A stretch of DNA of 57,062 bases from Chiloscyllium plagiosum (lineage: Eukaryota). Positions 25,630 to 38,942 of this stretch are shown here, one piece after another. The notes beneath the pieces are model-generated. The model did not search any database. It saw nothing but the letters and a program-made list of their open reading frames with translations, and had not been told where the DNA came from. The position numbers and the translations under genes were made by a program. The stretch's first letter is position 1; each line of letters begins with the position of its first letter. The DNA lies in NCBI RefSeq assembly GCF_004010195.1, contig NC_057755.1, positions 7,566,769-7,623,830 of the forward strand, read 5' to 3'.

Positions 25630-27575
25630 TCAGAGTCATCGAGGTCTACAATATGAATGCAGGCCCGTTGACCCAACATGCCCATTCCACCTTGTTTCCA
25701 CAATATAAACGAGTCCCATTTGCCTGCATTTGGTACATATCCCTCCTCCACACGTATCCCACCCATGTACTGTCTAAATGTTTCTTAAGTGGTGAAACTG
25801 TACTCCCTTCCACCACTACCTCCTGGCAGTTCATTCCAGATACTCTTGTGTGGAAGAAGTTGCCCCTTTGGACTCTTCTGTACCTCTTACCTTAAACCTA
25901 CGCCCTCTGGTTTTAGACCCCTCCACGAGGGAAACGCTGTCAGCTTTCTCGACCTTATCCATGCCCCTCATGATTTTAAGTACCTCTGTCAGATCACCCC
26001 TCTATCTCATACACTCCAGTGAAAAATGTCCCAGCTTATCCAATCTCTCCCAATAACTCAAACTTTCTAGCCCAGTTAGCATCCCAGTAAATCTTTGCTG
26101 CACTCCTAGTGTAGTAATATCCTTTCTATAGTAGGACTGCATAGAGTACTGTGATTGTGGCCTATCAATGTCTTGTACAGTTGCAATATGACATTACATT
26201 CCGTACAATGTGGAAACAGGCCCTTCGGCCCAACAAGTCCACACCGACCCTCCGAAGAGCAATTGTCCCAGACTCATTCCCTTACATTTATCCCTGACTA
26301 ATGCACCTAACACTATGGGCAATTTAGCATGGTCAGTTCAGCTAACATCTCATCTACTAGACTCGGTGCTCTGACCAATGAAAGCTCGCATGCTAACAGC
26401 CACCTTCACTGCCCTACCTACCACTTTCAAGGAGCTATGAACCTGTCTTTGTTCCATAACACTCCCCATTAACTGTGTAAGTCCTACCTTGCTTTGTCTT
26501 ACCAAAATGCGACGCTATACATTTATCTGAATTGAACTCCATCTGCCATTCCTTGGCCCACTGGCCTAGTTGATCAAGATCTCGCCATATACCCAGATAA
26601 CCTCCTTCATTGTCCACTATACCACTGATCTTGATGGCATCCACAAACTGACCAACCATGCTTCCTAAATTCTCATCCAAATGATTTATATAAACGACGA
26701 ATAACAGTGGACTCAGCACCGATCTCTGTGACAGTGCTGGTCACAGGCTTCCAGTGTGAAAAACAACCCTCTGCCACCACCCTTTGTCTTCTACTGTCAA
26801 GCTGATTTTGTACTCAGTTGGCTAGCTGTCCTTGGATCCTGTGAGATTTAACCTTACTCAGCAACCTAGCGTGCTCTGGTTTGTCAAAGATCTTGTGAAA
26901 GTCCACGTAGGCAACGTCTCCTGCACTGCCCTCATCTACTTTCTTGGTCACCCCTTCAAAACCTCAAACAAATTCGTGACGCACAAAGCCGTGCTGACTC
27001 TCTCAAAATGAGTCCTTTCCTCTCCAAATGCCTGGAGATCCTGCCCCTCAGAATCCCTTCTAACAACCTACCCATCACAGACTTAAAGCTCGCCGATCTG
27101 TAGTTCCCAGGCATTTCCCTGCAGCCTTCCGTAAATAACGGCACAACATTAGCCACCCTCCAGTCTTTGGGCATGTCACCCGTGGCTATCGATGATACAA
27201 ATATCTCCGCAATTTCCTCCCTAGCCTCCCGCAATGTCCTGGGACACGCTTCATCAGGTCTCGGGATTTCTGTTTTCAGACTTCCAGCAACCCCTCTTCT
27301 GTAGTGTGGACACTCTTTGGAAATTGCTATTTAGTTTTCCAAGTTCCTGAGCATCCATACCTTTCTCGACCGTAAATATTGATGAGAAATATGTATTTAG
27401 GATCTCAGTCATCTCTTGTGACTAAGCACGAAGATGACCTTGTTGATCTTAGAGGCCCTATTCTCTCCCTAGTTACTCTTTTGTCCTACCTGTACTTGTA
27501 GAATCTCTTTGGATTGTCCTTCAGCTTATCTACTAATGCCATTCCCTCATCCCCTTTTGGCCCTCCTGATTTCTG
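25630..27575 (-). mobile_element. CR1 LINE ORF2 3' portion with nested HE1 fragment (about 26195-26355)
   Basis: ORF 26956..27234(-) PKDWRVANVVPLF...PGNYR; ORF 26435..26719(-) PLLFVVYIN...WQMEFN; ORF 25646..25834(-). Confidence 0.85.
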
Positions 27576-27589
27576 TCTTAAGTGTAAAA

Positions 27590-27747
27590 AGAGAGATGAC
27601 AGGTGGTGTTTTAACCTCAGGGTCACCACGAGGGCCATTGTCAAGAAGGTGAAGTCCTCATGGCGACCTGAGCCAATGTGGATATCGAGCCCGTGCTATT
27701 GGCATCGCTGTGCATGGCGTTCCAGCCAAGTGAGCGAACTGACCCCC
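27590..27747 (-). mobile_element. tRNA-derived SINE remnant (LF-SINE-like)
   Basis: Reverse complement begins ggggtcagttcgctcacttggctgg (A-box-like) and ends gtggtgaccctgaggttaaaacaccacc. Confidence 0.45.
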
Positions 27748-28246
27748 ATAAAACAGGTTCTTGCACTTGCTAAGGTAAACATACGCTGGCTGGCTCAGAC
27801 AAAACCAAGTTGACACCCTAACCGTGTATGTGCGCACGATCACATCGTCTCACATAAACGTGGGTGGGTATGCACGCACTCGCCCTGATGTGCGCTTTAA
27901 CTCCGGAAACTCAATCTCGCATTCATGGTAATTTTAAAAAAAACAGCCAGTTTTGAGCACCCACTTGCTCTTGCAATTAGCCAAGCCAGTGCGCGCGCAC
28001 ACTCACGGATATGGAGATTCTCACAATCCCCCGCATAAACACTCCCCCAAACAAACCCCCATTTGACCGTACACTTGCCCGTGAGGATCCATGTATTGCA
28101 CAGTCCCTCTACATATGAGCCAAAGCACAGATGGGTGGAGTTTGCCGATGTTTCCAATGAGGGTCACTGTTCTCTTTTTATCTTCCCAGCCCGGGGGATC
28201 AGGAAACTCCCAGGATATCGAAAGAGAATTTCCGTGAGTCAGGGCG

Positions 28247-28436
28247 ATGGAACCTCTCAGGGAGAGGATCAAACGGCTCTTGACATTCGCCACAGGGCTG
28301 TTTGAGTGCATCTGCTTCGCTGGCGTGCTCTTCGGCTGGGCATCCCTCGTCTTCGTGCTGAAGAAGGAGAAATATTTCGCCGACCTCTGTGACCCTGTGC
28401 AGAACATCAGCCACCACGGAGTGGAAAATGGCACCA
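28247..28436 (+). CDS. slc43a3: SLC43A3-like (equilibrative nucleobase transporter, MFS) coding exon 1
   Basis: ATG at 28247; [48 protein letters not shown]; upstream acceptor AG at 28188-28189; donor GTAAGT at 28437 (phase 1). Confidence 0.93.
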
Positions 28437-28770
28437 GTAAGTGCGCTGCAGGGAAGCGAAAAAAGAATGGCCCAAAAGAGCGGGGAAGGGATAAGTGGAA
28501 GAGAGGATGGTGACACGGAGCAGAGATGAGGATGAGGGTGTGTGGAACAGGATGGAATAAGCTGATAGAGTCGAGAAGGAGCTGAAAGCCTCAAATGGTA
28601 GAGATCACTCTGCCCTTTCAGAGGGTCAATGCTAAGAGAGTGCCGCACTGTCGCGGGGTCAGTTCCGAGGGGGCGCCGCACTGTCGCGGGGTCTGTTCCG
28701 AGGGGGCGCCGCACTTGTCCTACAGGTCCCTTTCCCTCCCTCTCACTTCCTGTTTATATCTCTATCTCAG

Positions 28771-28903
28771 TGCACTGTGATCCCCAGGATGAACGCTTCA
28801 CCCTCCTCTTCACTCTGGGAGCCTTCATGAACAATTTTGTGACACTGCCATGTGGCTTCATGTTCGACCGGTTCGGTACCATGGCAACCCGCTTTTTCGG
28901 CAT
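28771..28903 (+). CDS. slc43a3: SLC43A3-like coding exon 2
   Basis: Acceptor tctcag ending 28770; [43 protein letters not shown]; donor GTGAGT at 28904 (phase 2). Confidence 0.93.
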
Positions 28904-31309
28904 GTGAGTCCGTGATCTCTTCTGGTCTATTCTGCTTCTTCGCGGTTTGGATGGGTTGCAGTGTTTTAAGCAGGGCCAAAGGTTAGAGGTAGTGTGTCCT
29001 CAGTGTCTTAGAAGCTGGCAAAGGATGTGCTACGACTGCTTTTGGAGAGTGGAATTTCTGGTCAACCACCAGCAGCGTTGGCTGTGCATCTGGACAGATG
29101 TTCCCCTGGCTCAGCGATACTTATGGAGAGACAGGGACATAACAAGGGAAGGAAAGAGTTTCAGGCCTCTCAGCCCCTCCGGTCTGATGCTGGCTTTCAG
29201 TTGTAGCAATCCAGTTAGATCTATTTCCTGACCGTAATTATGCATACTCTCCCTCAAAGGCACCCATTCGATTTCCTTTTGACGTTACACGTGGCATCCC
29301 TTCAGTCACCATCATAGAGGTCATCCTCGGTCACTGCATTAACCTCCCAAACAAAAATCTGTCAGTTAACTATCAGTCGTCGTATGCTGATGCACCCTCC
29401 ATGACAATGGCTGTACCACCAGAGTTGACTTGTCAGCTGTCTCCTCTCATGTAGTGTAACTTTTGAGTTTCCTCTTTGAACTGGCATTCTTGCAAATTGT
29501 CCTGATTAGTGCAAGATGCAAATCTTCAGCAAACTCTGACTTTTCTCAGTCAGTACTGATTCTCTTCGGGGAAAGAAATCCGCTTTCCTTACCTAGTAGT
29601 GAGGGAGGGCTGCACTGTCGTGGGGTCAGTAGTGAGGGAGTGCAGCACAGTGGTGGGGTAAGTCCGAGGGAGGGCCACACTGTCGGAGGGTCAATACTGA
29701 GGGAGGGTCCAGACCTACAGTGATGTGGTGGGCTTCTAACTGCCCTCTGCTGGTCTTCAAGAATTCAGTCACCTCCTCAAGGGGCAGTTAATGATGGGCA
29801 ATAAATGCTGGCCTGGCCACCCATTAATCAAACAAATGGAATGATCCCCTCAAAGAGTTTGTTTTTGATGTCACCTCCTTGCACACAAACTGCTTCTTGC
29901 TCCGAAGACAACTTAAGTTTACAGATGGCACCAAAATTGATGAGACACTGGTGAAGGCTGTCTCTAATTACAACTGGACAGTGGACCAAGGAATGTTGGA
30001 GTGTTGCATTTTATGAAGGCAAACCAGGACAGGGCATTCACACTTAACTATGTAAGTTAGCTTGCTGAGCTTGAAGGTTTGTTTTCAGATGTATCATCAC
30101 CATACTAAGTAATATCATCAGAGAGAGTCTCTGGTAAAGCACTGCTGGTATATCCTGCATCTCTATTTATAGAGTCTTGGTTTCTTAAGGTGGAGAATGT
30201 CATTTCTGGTTCCTTTTTTCAAGGGAAAGTAGATAAGTTCTAAATTGATGTGTTTCTTGATGGAGTTCTGGTTAGAATGCCATGCCTTGAAGAATACACG
30301 TGCATGTCTTTGTTTCGCCAGTCCGAGGATGTGTGTGTTGTCCCAGTCAAAGTGGTGTCCTTCTTTGTCTGTGTGTATCGAAACTAGTGATATTGGGTCG
30401 TGTCTTTTGGTGACCAGTTGGAGTTCGTGTATCCTGGGGACAAGTTTCCTGCTAGTTTGTCCAATGTAGTGTTTTTTACAGTTCTTGCAAGGTATTTTGT
30501 GAATGACGTTAGGTTTGCTAGTAGTATGTATTGGATCCTTTAGGTTCATTAGTTGCTGTTTAAGTGTGTTGGTAGGTTTGGGGGCAACCATGATGCCAAG
30601 GGTCTGAGTAGACTGGAAATCATTCTGATACATCTTTGATGTAAGGTAGTTTGGCTATAGTTTTTGGTTGCATTGTGTCTGCTTAAGTGGGTTTGTTTCT
30701 GAGGAATCGGCGGATTGTGTTTATTGGGTATCCGTTTTTCTTGAAACCGTTGCATGGATATTTTCCTTCTGCTGTTTGCAGTTCTTGGGTGCTGTAGTTT
30801 GATGTAGCTCGTTGAAATGATGTCTTGATGCAGCTCCGTCTGTGTGTGTGTTGGGACAATTGCTTCTGAAGTTAAGTATTTGGTCCATGTGTGTTGTTTT
30901 TCCTGCTTTGAAGCTCTCTGTTAACTGTACATCCAACTGTCAGAATCTCAACGTTTTTTAGTAGCACTTTTTAAAAAAAAAATCAGAATTAAACAGGACA
31001 GACTTGCAAAACATGAAACCAGATGGATCCAGTACGCCACACAAACCAGGGGCCCCATAGTCTCCCTACCTGGTACACCAACATACAGACTAGCCAAAGA
31101 ACTCCACCAAAAACTAAAACATCTAATTGAAGATTCACGCCACTCCACCCAAGAATTCCTGAACACCAAAGACCCCAAGATAAAGAGGATGAAAGATGGC
31201 CTCCTTTGACATTACAGCTCCTTTCACATCAATCGGCATTGGACCTGGCCAAAGAAACGCTGTCATTACTACTATGAAAACCAGGACCACAAACACCAGA
31301 CAGCACCAA

Positions 31310-31720
31310 TTTACAATGATGTTGCCAGGGTTTGAGGATTTGAGCTGTAGGGAGAGGCTGAACAGCTGGGGCTTTCTTCCCTAGAGCGTCGGAGGCTGAG
31401 TGTTGACCTTATAGAAGTTTACAAAATTGAGGGGCATGGATAGGATAAATAGATAGAGTTTTTTTCTCTGGGGTCGGGGAAACCAGAACTCGAGGGCATA
31501 GGTTTAGGGTGAGAGGGGAAAGATATTAAAGAGACCTTAGGGACAACTTTTTCACACAGAGGGTGGTATGTGTATGGAATGAGCTGCTTGAGGAAGTTGT
31601 TTTGGAGGGACATAGGCCGGGTGCTGGCAGGTGGGGCTAGATTGGGTTGGGATATCTGGTCAGCATGGACAGGTTAATCCAAAGGGTCTGTTTCCATGCT
31701 GTACATCTCTGTGACTCTAT
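31310..31720 (+). mobile_element. CR1 3' fragment nested in the Poseidon RT
   Basis: MLPGFEDLSCRERLN... followed by the CR1 3' UTR ending gtgactctat. Confidence 0.85.
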
Positions 31721-32854
31721 AACAAAGACAACATCCTCAAGCTAGTGGACCTGTGCCTCACCACCCACTTCACATTCATTAACAAAACCGACAAACAAGT
31801 CAAAGGAGCACCCATGGGGTCACTACTATCACGCTTGATAGCGGGAGCAGTAATGCAAAGACATGAACAAGCTGCTCTCCCATCTACCCAACCCAAACTG
31901 AGGGTCTGCTACGTGGATGACACCTTTGTAATGACTAAAGGAAACATACAGCATCATCAACAATACCCTGACAGGCCTAAAATTCACAAAAGAAGAGGAG
32001 AACGACAACAGACTCCTGTTCCGAGACGTGAAGTTGAACGTGCAGTTAACAGAGAGCTTCAAACCAGCGTCTACAGAAAAACAACACACGTGGACCAAAT
32101 ACGTAACTTCAGAAGCAATCATCCCAACACACAGACGGAGCTGCATCTTGACATTATTTCAACAAGCTACATCACACTGCAGCACCCAAGAACTACAAAG
32201 AGCAGAAGGAAAACATCTATATAATGTTTTCAAGACAAACGGGTACCCAATAAACACAATCTGCCGATTCCTCAGAAACCAACCCAAACAAGCAGACACA
32301 ATGCAACCAAAACTATAGCCACACTACCTTACATTAAAGATATATCAGAAATGATTTCCGGTCTACTCCAAGCCCTTGGCATCATAGTAGCCCACAAACC
32401 TACCAACATAGCGACTAATGAACCTGAAAGATGCATTAGGTACCACCAGTAAAACTAACGTTATTCACAAGATATCATGCAAGAACTGTTTTTAAAAAGA
32501 AAACACGACATTGGACAAACGAGCAGGAAACCTGCCACCAGGATACATGAACACCAACTGGCCACCAAAAGACACGACCCACTATCACTAGTTTCCAGGC
32601 ACACAGACAAAGAAGGACACCACTTTGACTGGGGCAACACACACATTCTCAGACTTGTGAAACAAAGACATGCACGAGAATCTTACAGGCATGGCATTCT
32701 AACCAGAACTCCATCAATAAACACATCGATTTGCATCCTATCTACTTTCCCTTGTGGGGGAAAAAAAAACAAACTGGAAATGACATTACCCACCTTAAGA
32801 ATCCAAGACCTATAGATAGAGAGGTGGGACATACTACCAGCGCTTCACCAGAGA

Positions 32855-32898
32855 CTCTCACTGATGATGTTACCTAGTATGGTGACGAAACATCTGAA
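32855..32898 (+). ncRNA. Minimal hammerhead ribozyme motif in Poseidon-type pLTR
   Basis: TCA-CTGATGA(32861-32867)-T-GTTACC-TAGTAT-GGTGAC-GAAAC-ATC-TGA; TCA/TGA stem I and 6-bp stem II. Confidence 0.7.
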
Positions 32899-32975
32899 AA
32901 CAAACCTTCAAGCTCAGCAAGCTAACGTACATACTTATCATCAACCTGAGCTACAAATCTTCTCAAAAATCGCTA

Positions 32976-33680
32976 ATACACACACTTACCGGTAAAGTCT
33001 TGGGGAGTGTTGCCAAACAAAGCCACCTAGGGATACAGGTTTGTAGTCTCTTGAAGGTGGAGTCACATAGTGAAGAAGGTGTTTGACATGCTTGCCTTTG
33101 ATCGGTATGTTGAGAATATGGGAGTTTGGATGTCATGTACAGCCACAACAGGACATTGGTGAGGCCACATTTGGAATAATGTATGCAAATCTGGTCTCCC
33201 TGCTAAAGCCATAATGTTGCGAACTTGAAAGGGTGCAGAAATGATTTGAAAGGATATTTCCAGCATTGGATGGTTTGAGTTATAGAGAGAGGCTGAATGG
33301 GCTGGGGCTATTTTCCCCGGAGTGTTGGAGGCTGAGAGGTGACCTTATCGAGTTTATAAAATCATGAGGGGCATGGTGAAGAGCCAAGGCCTTTTTCCCC
33401 CAGGGTAGGAGAGTCAAAACTGGAAGGCATTGGTTTAAGGTGCGTGGGGAAAGATATGAAAGAGACCTTCGGGGCAACATTTTCACGGAGAGGGTGGTGC
33501 GTATATGGAATGACCTGCCAGAGGAGGTGGTGGAGACTGGTAATGTTACATTTAAAAGCCATCTGGTTTTGCATATGAAAGTGAAGGTTTAGAGGTATAT
33601 GGGCCACGTACTGGCAAAATGGGACTAGATTAATTGAGGTTCGCATGAAGGGTCTGTTTCCATGCTGTACGTCTCTATGA
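32976..33680 (+). mobile_element. CR1 3' fragment
   Basis: Homologous to 9030-9800 in opposite orientation; tail gggtctgtttccatgctgtac. Confidence 0.85.
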
Positions 33681-34327
33681 TGCCAGTTGGCACATGTTCT
33701 GTGCATGTGTACAGGTGTGTTGCGTGCGTCTGGCTGCAAGGGTGTTCCACGCAGATATGTTTGTGTGGAAGTATTTTTTTAACCAGCTCCCAGAGTTTTT
33801 GAGACAGCAACGATGTCACATGAGGTTACCACGATTCCTTCAGGTCTCCCTCCCCCCCCAAATTCCTCTGTAAAAGCCACAGCAAATCTCTCTTCTACTC
33901 TGCCTGTCCATCTATCTATCTGTTCTGTTTGACACCCGTGTGTACTCCCACCTTGCCAACACTGTGGTGTGGAAACAGTAACCCCTCGACTGTCCCCATC
34001 ACACACACTCAGTCCCCGTGATGTTCACTCCCCTGATCTCTCCATCTGCCTGCCAGCTTTCACTTCTCCCAGTATTGTGCTCCTACCACACTCTCTATGC
34101 TGAATCGTCACTTTCTCTCTGTGATAATCAGTGATCTCACCATTCCTTTCCGTGCAGCTGCCAGTCACGTTCGTGAGCAGTCGTTTCCTTTCCTTCGCAT
34201 GCACAAATGCTCGAGCTGTCATCTCAGCTTTCCATCTCTTGCTTGCTCTGTCCAACTGTTACTGATTTTTCCCTGTGTTTGTGTCTGCTGTTTTCTCTTT
34301 ACCACATGGAAACATGCCCTTGTAACT

Positions 34328-34403
34328 GTCTCTCTGTGTGTCTCTCTCTCTCTGTGTGTCTCTCTCTCTCTGTGTGTCTCTCTCTCTCTGTGTGTCTCTC
34401 TCT
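34328..34403. repeat. Compound (TC)n/(TG)n microsatellite preceding N gap 34404-35258
   Basis: Direct reading of the sequence. Confidence 0.95.
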
Positions 34404-35389
34404 NNNNNNNNNNNNNNNNNNNNNNNNNNNNNNNNNNNNNNNNNNNNNNNNNNNNNNNNNNNNNNNNNNNNNNNNNNNNNNNNNNNNNNNNNNNNNNNNN
34501 NNNNNNNNNNNNNNNNNNNNNNNNNNNNNNNNNNNNNNNNNNNNNNNNNNNNNNNNNNNNNNNNNNNNNNNNNNNNNNNNNNNNNNNNNNNNNNNNNNNN
34601 NNNNNNNNNNNNNNNNNNNNNNNNNNNNNNNNNNNNNNNNNNNNNNNNNNNNNNNNNNNNNNNNNNNNNNNNNNNNNNNNNNNNNNNNNNNNNNNNNNNN
34701 NNNNNNNNNNNNNNNNNNNNNNNNNNNNNNNNNNNNNNNNNNNNNNNNNNNNNNNNNNNNNNNNNNNNNNNNNNNNNNNNNNNNNNNNNNNNNNNNNNNN
34801 NNNNNNNNNNNNNNNNNNNNNNNNNNNNNNNNNNNNNNNNNNNNNNNNNNNNNNNNNNNNNNNNNNNNNNNNNNNNNNNNNNNNNNNNNNNNNNNNNNNN
34901 NNNNNNNNNNNNNNNNNNNNNNNNNNNNNNNNNNNNNNNNNNNNNNNNNNNNNNNNNNNNNNNNNNNNNNNNNNNNNNNNNNNNNNNNNNNNNNNNNNNN
35001 NNNNNNNNNNNNNNNNNNNNNNNNNNNNNNNNNNNNNNNNNNNNNNNNNNNNNNNNNNNNNNNNNNNNNNNNNNNNNNNNNNNNNNNNNNNNNNNNNNNN
35101 NNNNNNNNNNNNNNNNNNNNNNNNNNNNNNNNNNNNNNNNNNNNNNNNNNNNNNNNNNNNNNNNNNNNNNNNNNNNNNNNNNNNNNNNNNNNNNNNNNNN
35201 NNNNNNNNNNNNNNNNNNNNNNNNNNNNNNNNNNNNNNNNNNNNNNNNNNNNNNNNNNGTGTCTGTCTCTGTCTCTCTGTGTCTCTGAATCACCCTCTCC
35301 CCATTTTGTTTTTTTTTCCGCTCTCCCATCCAGGTGTCTTCCCTTGCCCTCTCTCAGTAAGGGCAGCAAACATCTATTTCCGTGGCTGC

Positions 35390-36640
35390 AGACACAATAT
35401 TGAGTTGGGAATTTGTTTGTGGAGGGTTCAGAAAGAGATTTACCAGGATGTTACCGAGAATAGAGAGTTTGAGCTATTAAAATAGACTGGAAAGACTGAG
35501 ACTTTTTTCCGTGGAGCACAGTAGGTCGAGGGGTGATCTTGTTGAAGTTTATAAAATCATGAGGGGTGTAGATAAGTGAACGACAAAGATCATTTCCTTT
35601 GTGCGGGAGAGTTCAAAACTCAGGCATATTTTTAAGGTGAGAGGAGAAAGATTTCAAAAGGACTTGGGTCAGCCTTTTACACAGAATGATTCTTGTGTGA
35701 ATTGACCCACCAGAGGAATTGGTGGATACAGGCAGAGTAAAAACATTTGAAAGATATTTGGATAAGTTCATGAATAGGAAAGGTTTGGAGGGATGTGGGC
35801 TAAGCACAGCCAAGTGGGACTAGTTTCTTTTGGGAATGGGTTGGACCGAAGGGTCTGTTTCCATTCTGTACAAATCTACGACTGTGACTCTGTGGTGTGT
35901 TGCCTCCCCAGTGCCAGATGGAGAATGACACTGAGGAACTGCGGCACATTGTGAACTAAGAGAGAGAATGGCCAGAGGTGGTGGCTCATCGGTAAACCGA
36001 AGGATGGGTGCCTGCCCGCTGTATTTTGGGAGCGAGGAAATAATAGGTACTGATCTCCAGATTATTCCCAAGATCAGGAATCTGAGACAGAGCCAGTCGA
36101 TGTTTGGATGTAGGAATGGTGTAGGAGGGAGGGATTGAGATTTGTACATCAATAGGACTGAGTTTGGAGCAGATGGACCTGTATAAGAGCTGGCGGGTCA
36201 TGTTAAAATTGTACAAGACATTGGTTCAGCCACATTTAGAATACTGTGTACAGTTCTGGTCACCACATTACCTAAAGGATGTGGACGCTTTGGAGAGGGT
36301 GCAGAGAAGGTTTACGAGGATGGTGCCTGGTATGGAAGAGAGGTTGAGTAAGCTAGGTTTAATTTCATTAGAAAAAAGGAGATTGAGAGGGGGACCTGAT
36401 TGAGGTTTACAAAGTCATGAAGGGTATAGACAGGGTGGATAGAGACAAGCTTTTTCCCAGGGTGAAGGATTCAATAACGAGAGGTCACGCTTTTAAGGTG
36501 AGAGGTGGAAAGTTTAAGGGAGGATACACATGGCAAGTACTTCACACAGAGGGCGGTGGGCGTTTGGAACGCGTTGCCAGCAGAGGTAGTAGAGGCAGGT
36601 ACGGTAGATTCATTTAAGACGCATCTGGACAGATGCATAA
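35390..36640 (+). mobile_element. Two CR1 3' fragments (about 35390-35890 and 36170-36640)
   Basis: ORF 36164..36403 [21 protein letters not shown]...[11 protein letters not shown]. Confidence 0.85.
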
Positions 36641-36822
36641 GTAGGTTTTCTTGGTTCTTTGTGCAAGTCGAGCAACACTGGGACCCAGTTCCTTGCAGGG
36701 GCATTTGCTGGTACATTGAGCATGTCAATGAGGTAGCACGGGGGGGGGAGGAGTGCTTGGTGGCCAGGTATTCCCAATGCACATCAACAGCTTGGTTGTG
36801 GGAATCAAATGTACTATTTCTG

Positions 36823-37630
36823 CGGCAACGTGGCTCGGAGTTAGCAGTGTTGCTTCACAGCACCTGTGGTCCGCGTTCGATTGCAGCCTCAGGGAACTGT
36901 CTATGTGAAGATTGCACGTTCTCCCCGTGTCTGCATGGGTTTCCTCCGGGTGCTCCAGTTTCCTCGCACAATCCAAAGATGTGCAGGTTAAGTGAACTGC
37001 TGTGCTAAATTGCCTCACAGGGATGTGCAGATTAGGTGGGAAATGCAGGGTTACAGCGATAGGGTAGAGGGGTGGGTCTGGTTGGGATGCTCTTCAGAGG
37101 GACGGTATGGACTCAGTGGGCCGAATGACCTGCTTCCACGCTGATTGTCTGGTTGTCTGATCTCCACGTTTGCTGATGACGATCAGAGAGGTGGGATCGT
37201 GAGTAGGATGCAGGATGTAAAAGGGTTTAAGGCCAACTTGGATAAGTCGAGTGAGTGGGCATGGTGGGTGCAGGATAATGAAGATCAGCGTGAAGTTGTC
37301 CACTTCGGTAGAGGAAACTGAATGAGAACGTATTATTTAAATGGTGATGGGTTGGTATTCAAAGGGACTTTGTGCAAACTCCAGTATAGAAGGATGCCAT
37401 TCTCCCGGTGTCTGTGTGGGTTTTCTCTGGGTGCTCTGGTTTCCTCCCACAATCCAGAGTTGTGCAAGTCAGGTGAACTGGCTGTGCTAAGTTGCCCATA
37501 GTGTTAGGTACGTTAGTCAGGGGTAAATATAGGGGAATGGGTCTGGGTGGGTTACTCTTTGGAGGGTCGGTGTGGACTTGTTGGGCCAAAGGGCCTGTTG
37601 CCATCCTGTATGGAATCTAGTCTAATCTAA
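36823..37630 (+). mobile_element. Two HE1 SINE copies (about 36823-37142 and 37399-37630)
   Basis: V-domain ttctccccgtgtctg..tgggtttcctccgggtgctcc and HE1 tail. Confidence 0.8.
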
Positions 37631-38942
37631 CATGGTCGCTGAAAGCCAGTGTGCATTGTCAGTAAGCAGTCAGGGGAGATGCATAGTCTGTTGGCCTTCA
37701 CTAAAACAGGATCTCAGTTCAGGAACAATGCCTTGCAGCAACTGTCCAGGTCCTGCCTCATCCGGCGTACTGCCCGGCATTTTGGTCTTCCCTTACCCAA
37801 GTGAAGATATCGTACCTTCGAGGGAGAGCAGTGAAGGTCCACCAGACTGATAAATTGCTGTTTGTCCTTTTGAGGAGAGATTGGTCAACTGCATCTGTAT
37901 TCGCCATTCAGCCTGTCAAACCTGCTCCACCATTCACCATGGTCATGACTCTCTCTTTTCTTGCCTCGCCCTCTCTTCCATCTTGTTACCTACTGCTAGA
38001 AAACTAATTCTTTCCAGTCCATGTTCAGCGACTTACCTCTGCAGCAACTGGTGGTGGATAATGCAACAGGTTCCCAGCTCTCGGAGATTTCTCCTTCATC
38101 TCAGTCTGAAATGGCCTGACCCCTTGCTATGAACCCTCCATTCAGGGAGAACTGTCAGTCCTGCATCCGCCCTGTTTCAGCCCTGTCAGAATTCTCGACG
38201 TTTCCATGAAGTACCTTCTCGTTATTCTAAACTTGAGCTCGGAAATAATTTTAACAATCAGGACGACTGATCTCGGGGTTATTCCCAGGATCAGGAATAG
38301 AAGACCGATCCAGTCAATGTTTGGCTGCAAGGATGGCCGGCATGTGGTTCTCTTTTCTCTGTCTATGTTTCTCCCTTGGTTTTGCCCGAAGTCACATTCC
38401 TTTCCCTTGCATCGTGCCCCCTAGCCCTCAGTTACACCCTCTTGCTCCCTCACACTCACATTCACGCACTTTTGCATTTTCTCTCTCTTTCTGTCTCTGG
38501 TGCATGGCCAGAAACACACTGTCTGCCTCAAACTCTGTGTGTCCCTCTTGCTTTCTCTTGTGCTCTCCTTTTTCTTGTTGTCTCTCTCATTCTCCCCACT
38601 CCTCACGCTCTCTTCCCCCTTTCGTTGTCACCCTGTCATGCTCTACCCCTCGCTTACTCTCATACTGTCTCTGTCTGTCTTCCCCTCCTACCCATGCTTG
38701 TCTCTCCTCCCCCATCCCAAACACTCCCATCATTTCTCTTTTCCTGTCTCCCTGTCTGTCTGTGTCTCTCTATTTCTCTCGCGCGCGCGCTCTCGCTCTC
38801 TCACTCTCGCTTCCCCCCTCCTTTTCTTGCTCTCATCGGTTCTCTACTTTTAGCGCTCTCCCTACCACAAAACCACCAGTTATTACCACTATGTCATTCC
38901 TCAAATTCCCTGCCAGTGTGATTGTCAACTAAAGTAATACAG

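Larger units (their letters stand above)
30047..32975. mobile_element. Poseidon-type PLE as an inverted pair: minus arm 30047-30940, plus arm 30945-32975
   Basis: ORF 30163..30633(-) GIY-YIG; ORF 31745..32224 GAPMGS...YVDDTF; ORF 32477..32815 GIY-YIG remnant; outer tails are reverse complements. Confidence 0.88.

Noticed and set aside
29480..29545. cctgattagtgcaagatgcaaa as a possible further hammerhead remnant
   Set aside because: Both core halves deviate (CTGATTA, no GAAA) and there is no second copy in the window
34097..35485. Long ORFs of 316-462 aa
   Set aside because: Artefacts of the N gap and (TC)/(TG) microsatellite; the same applies to 39225-40152
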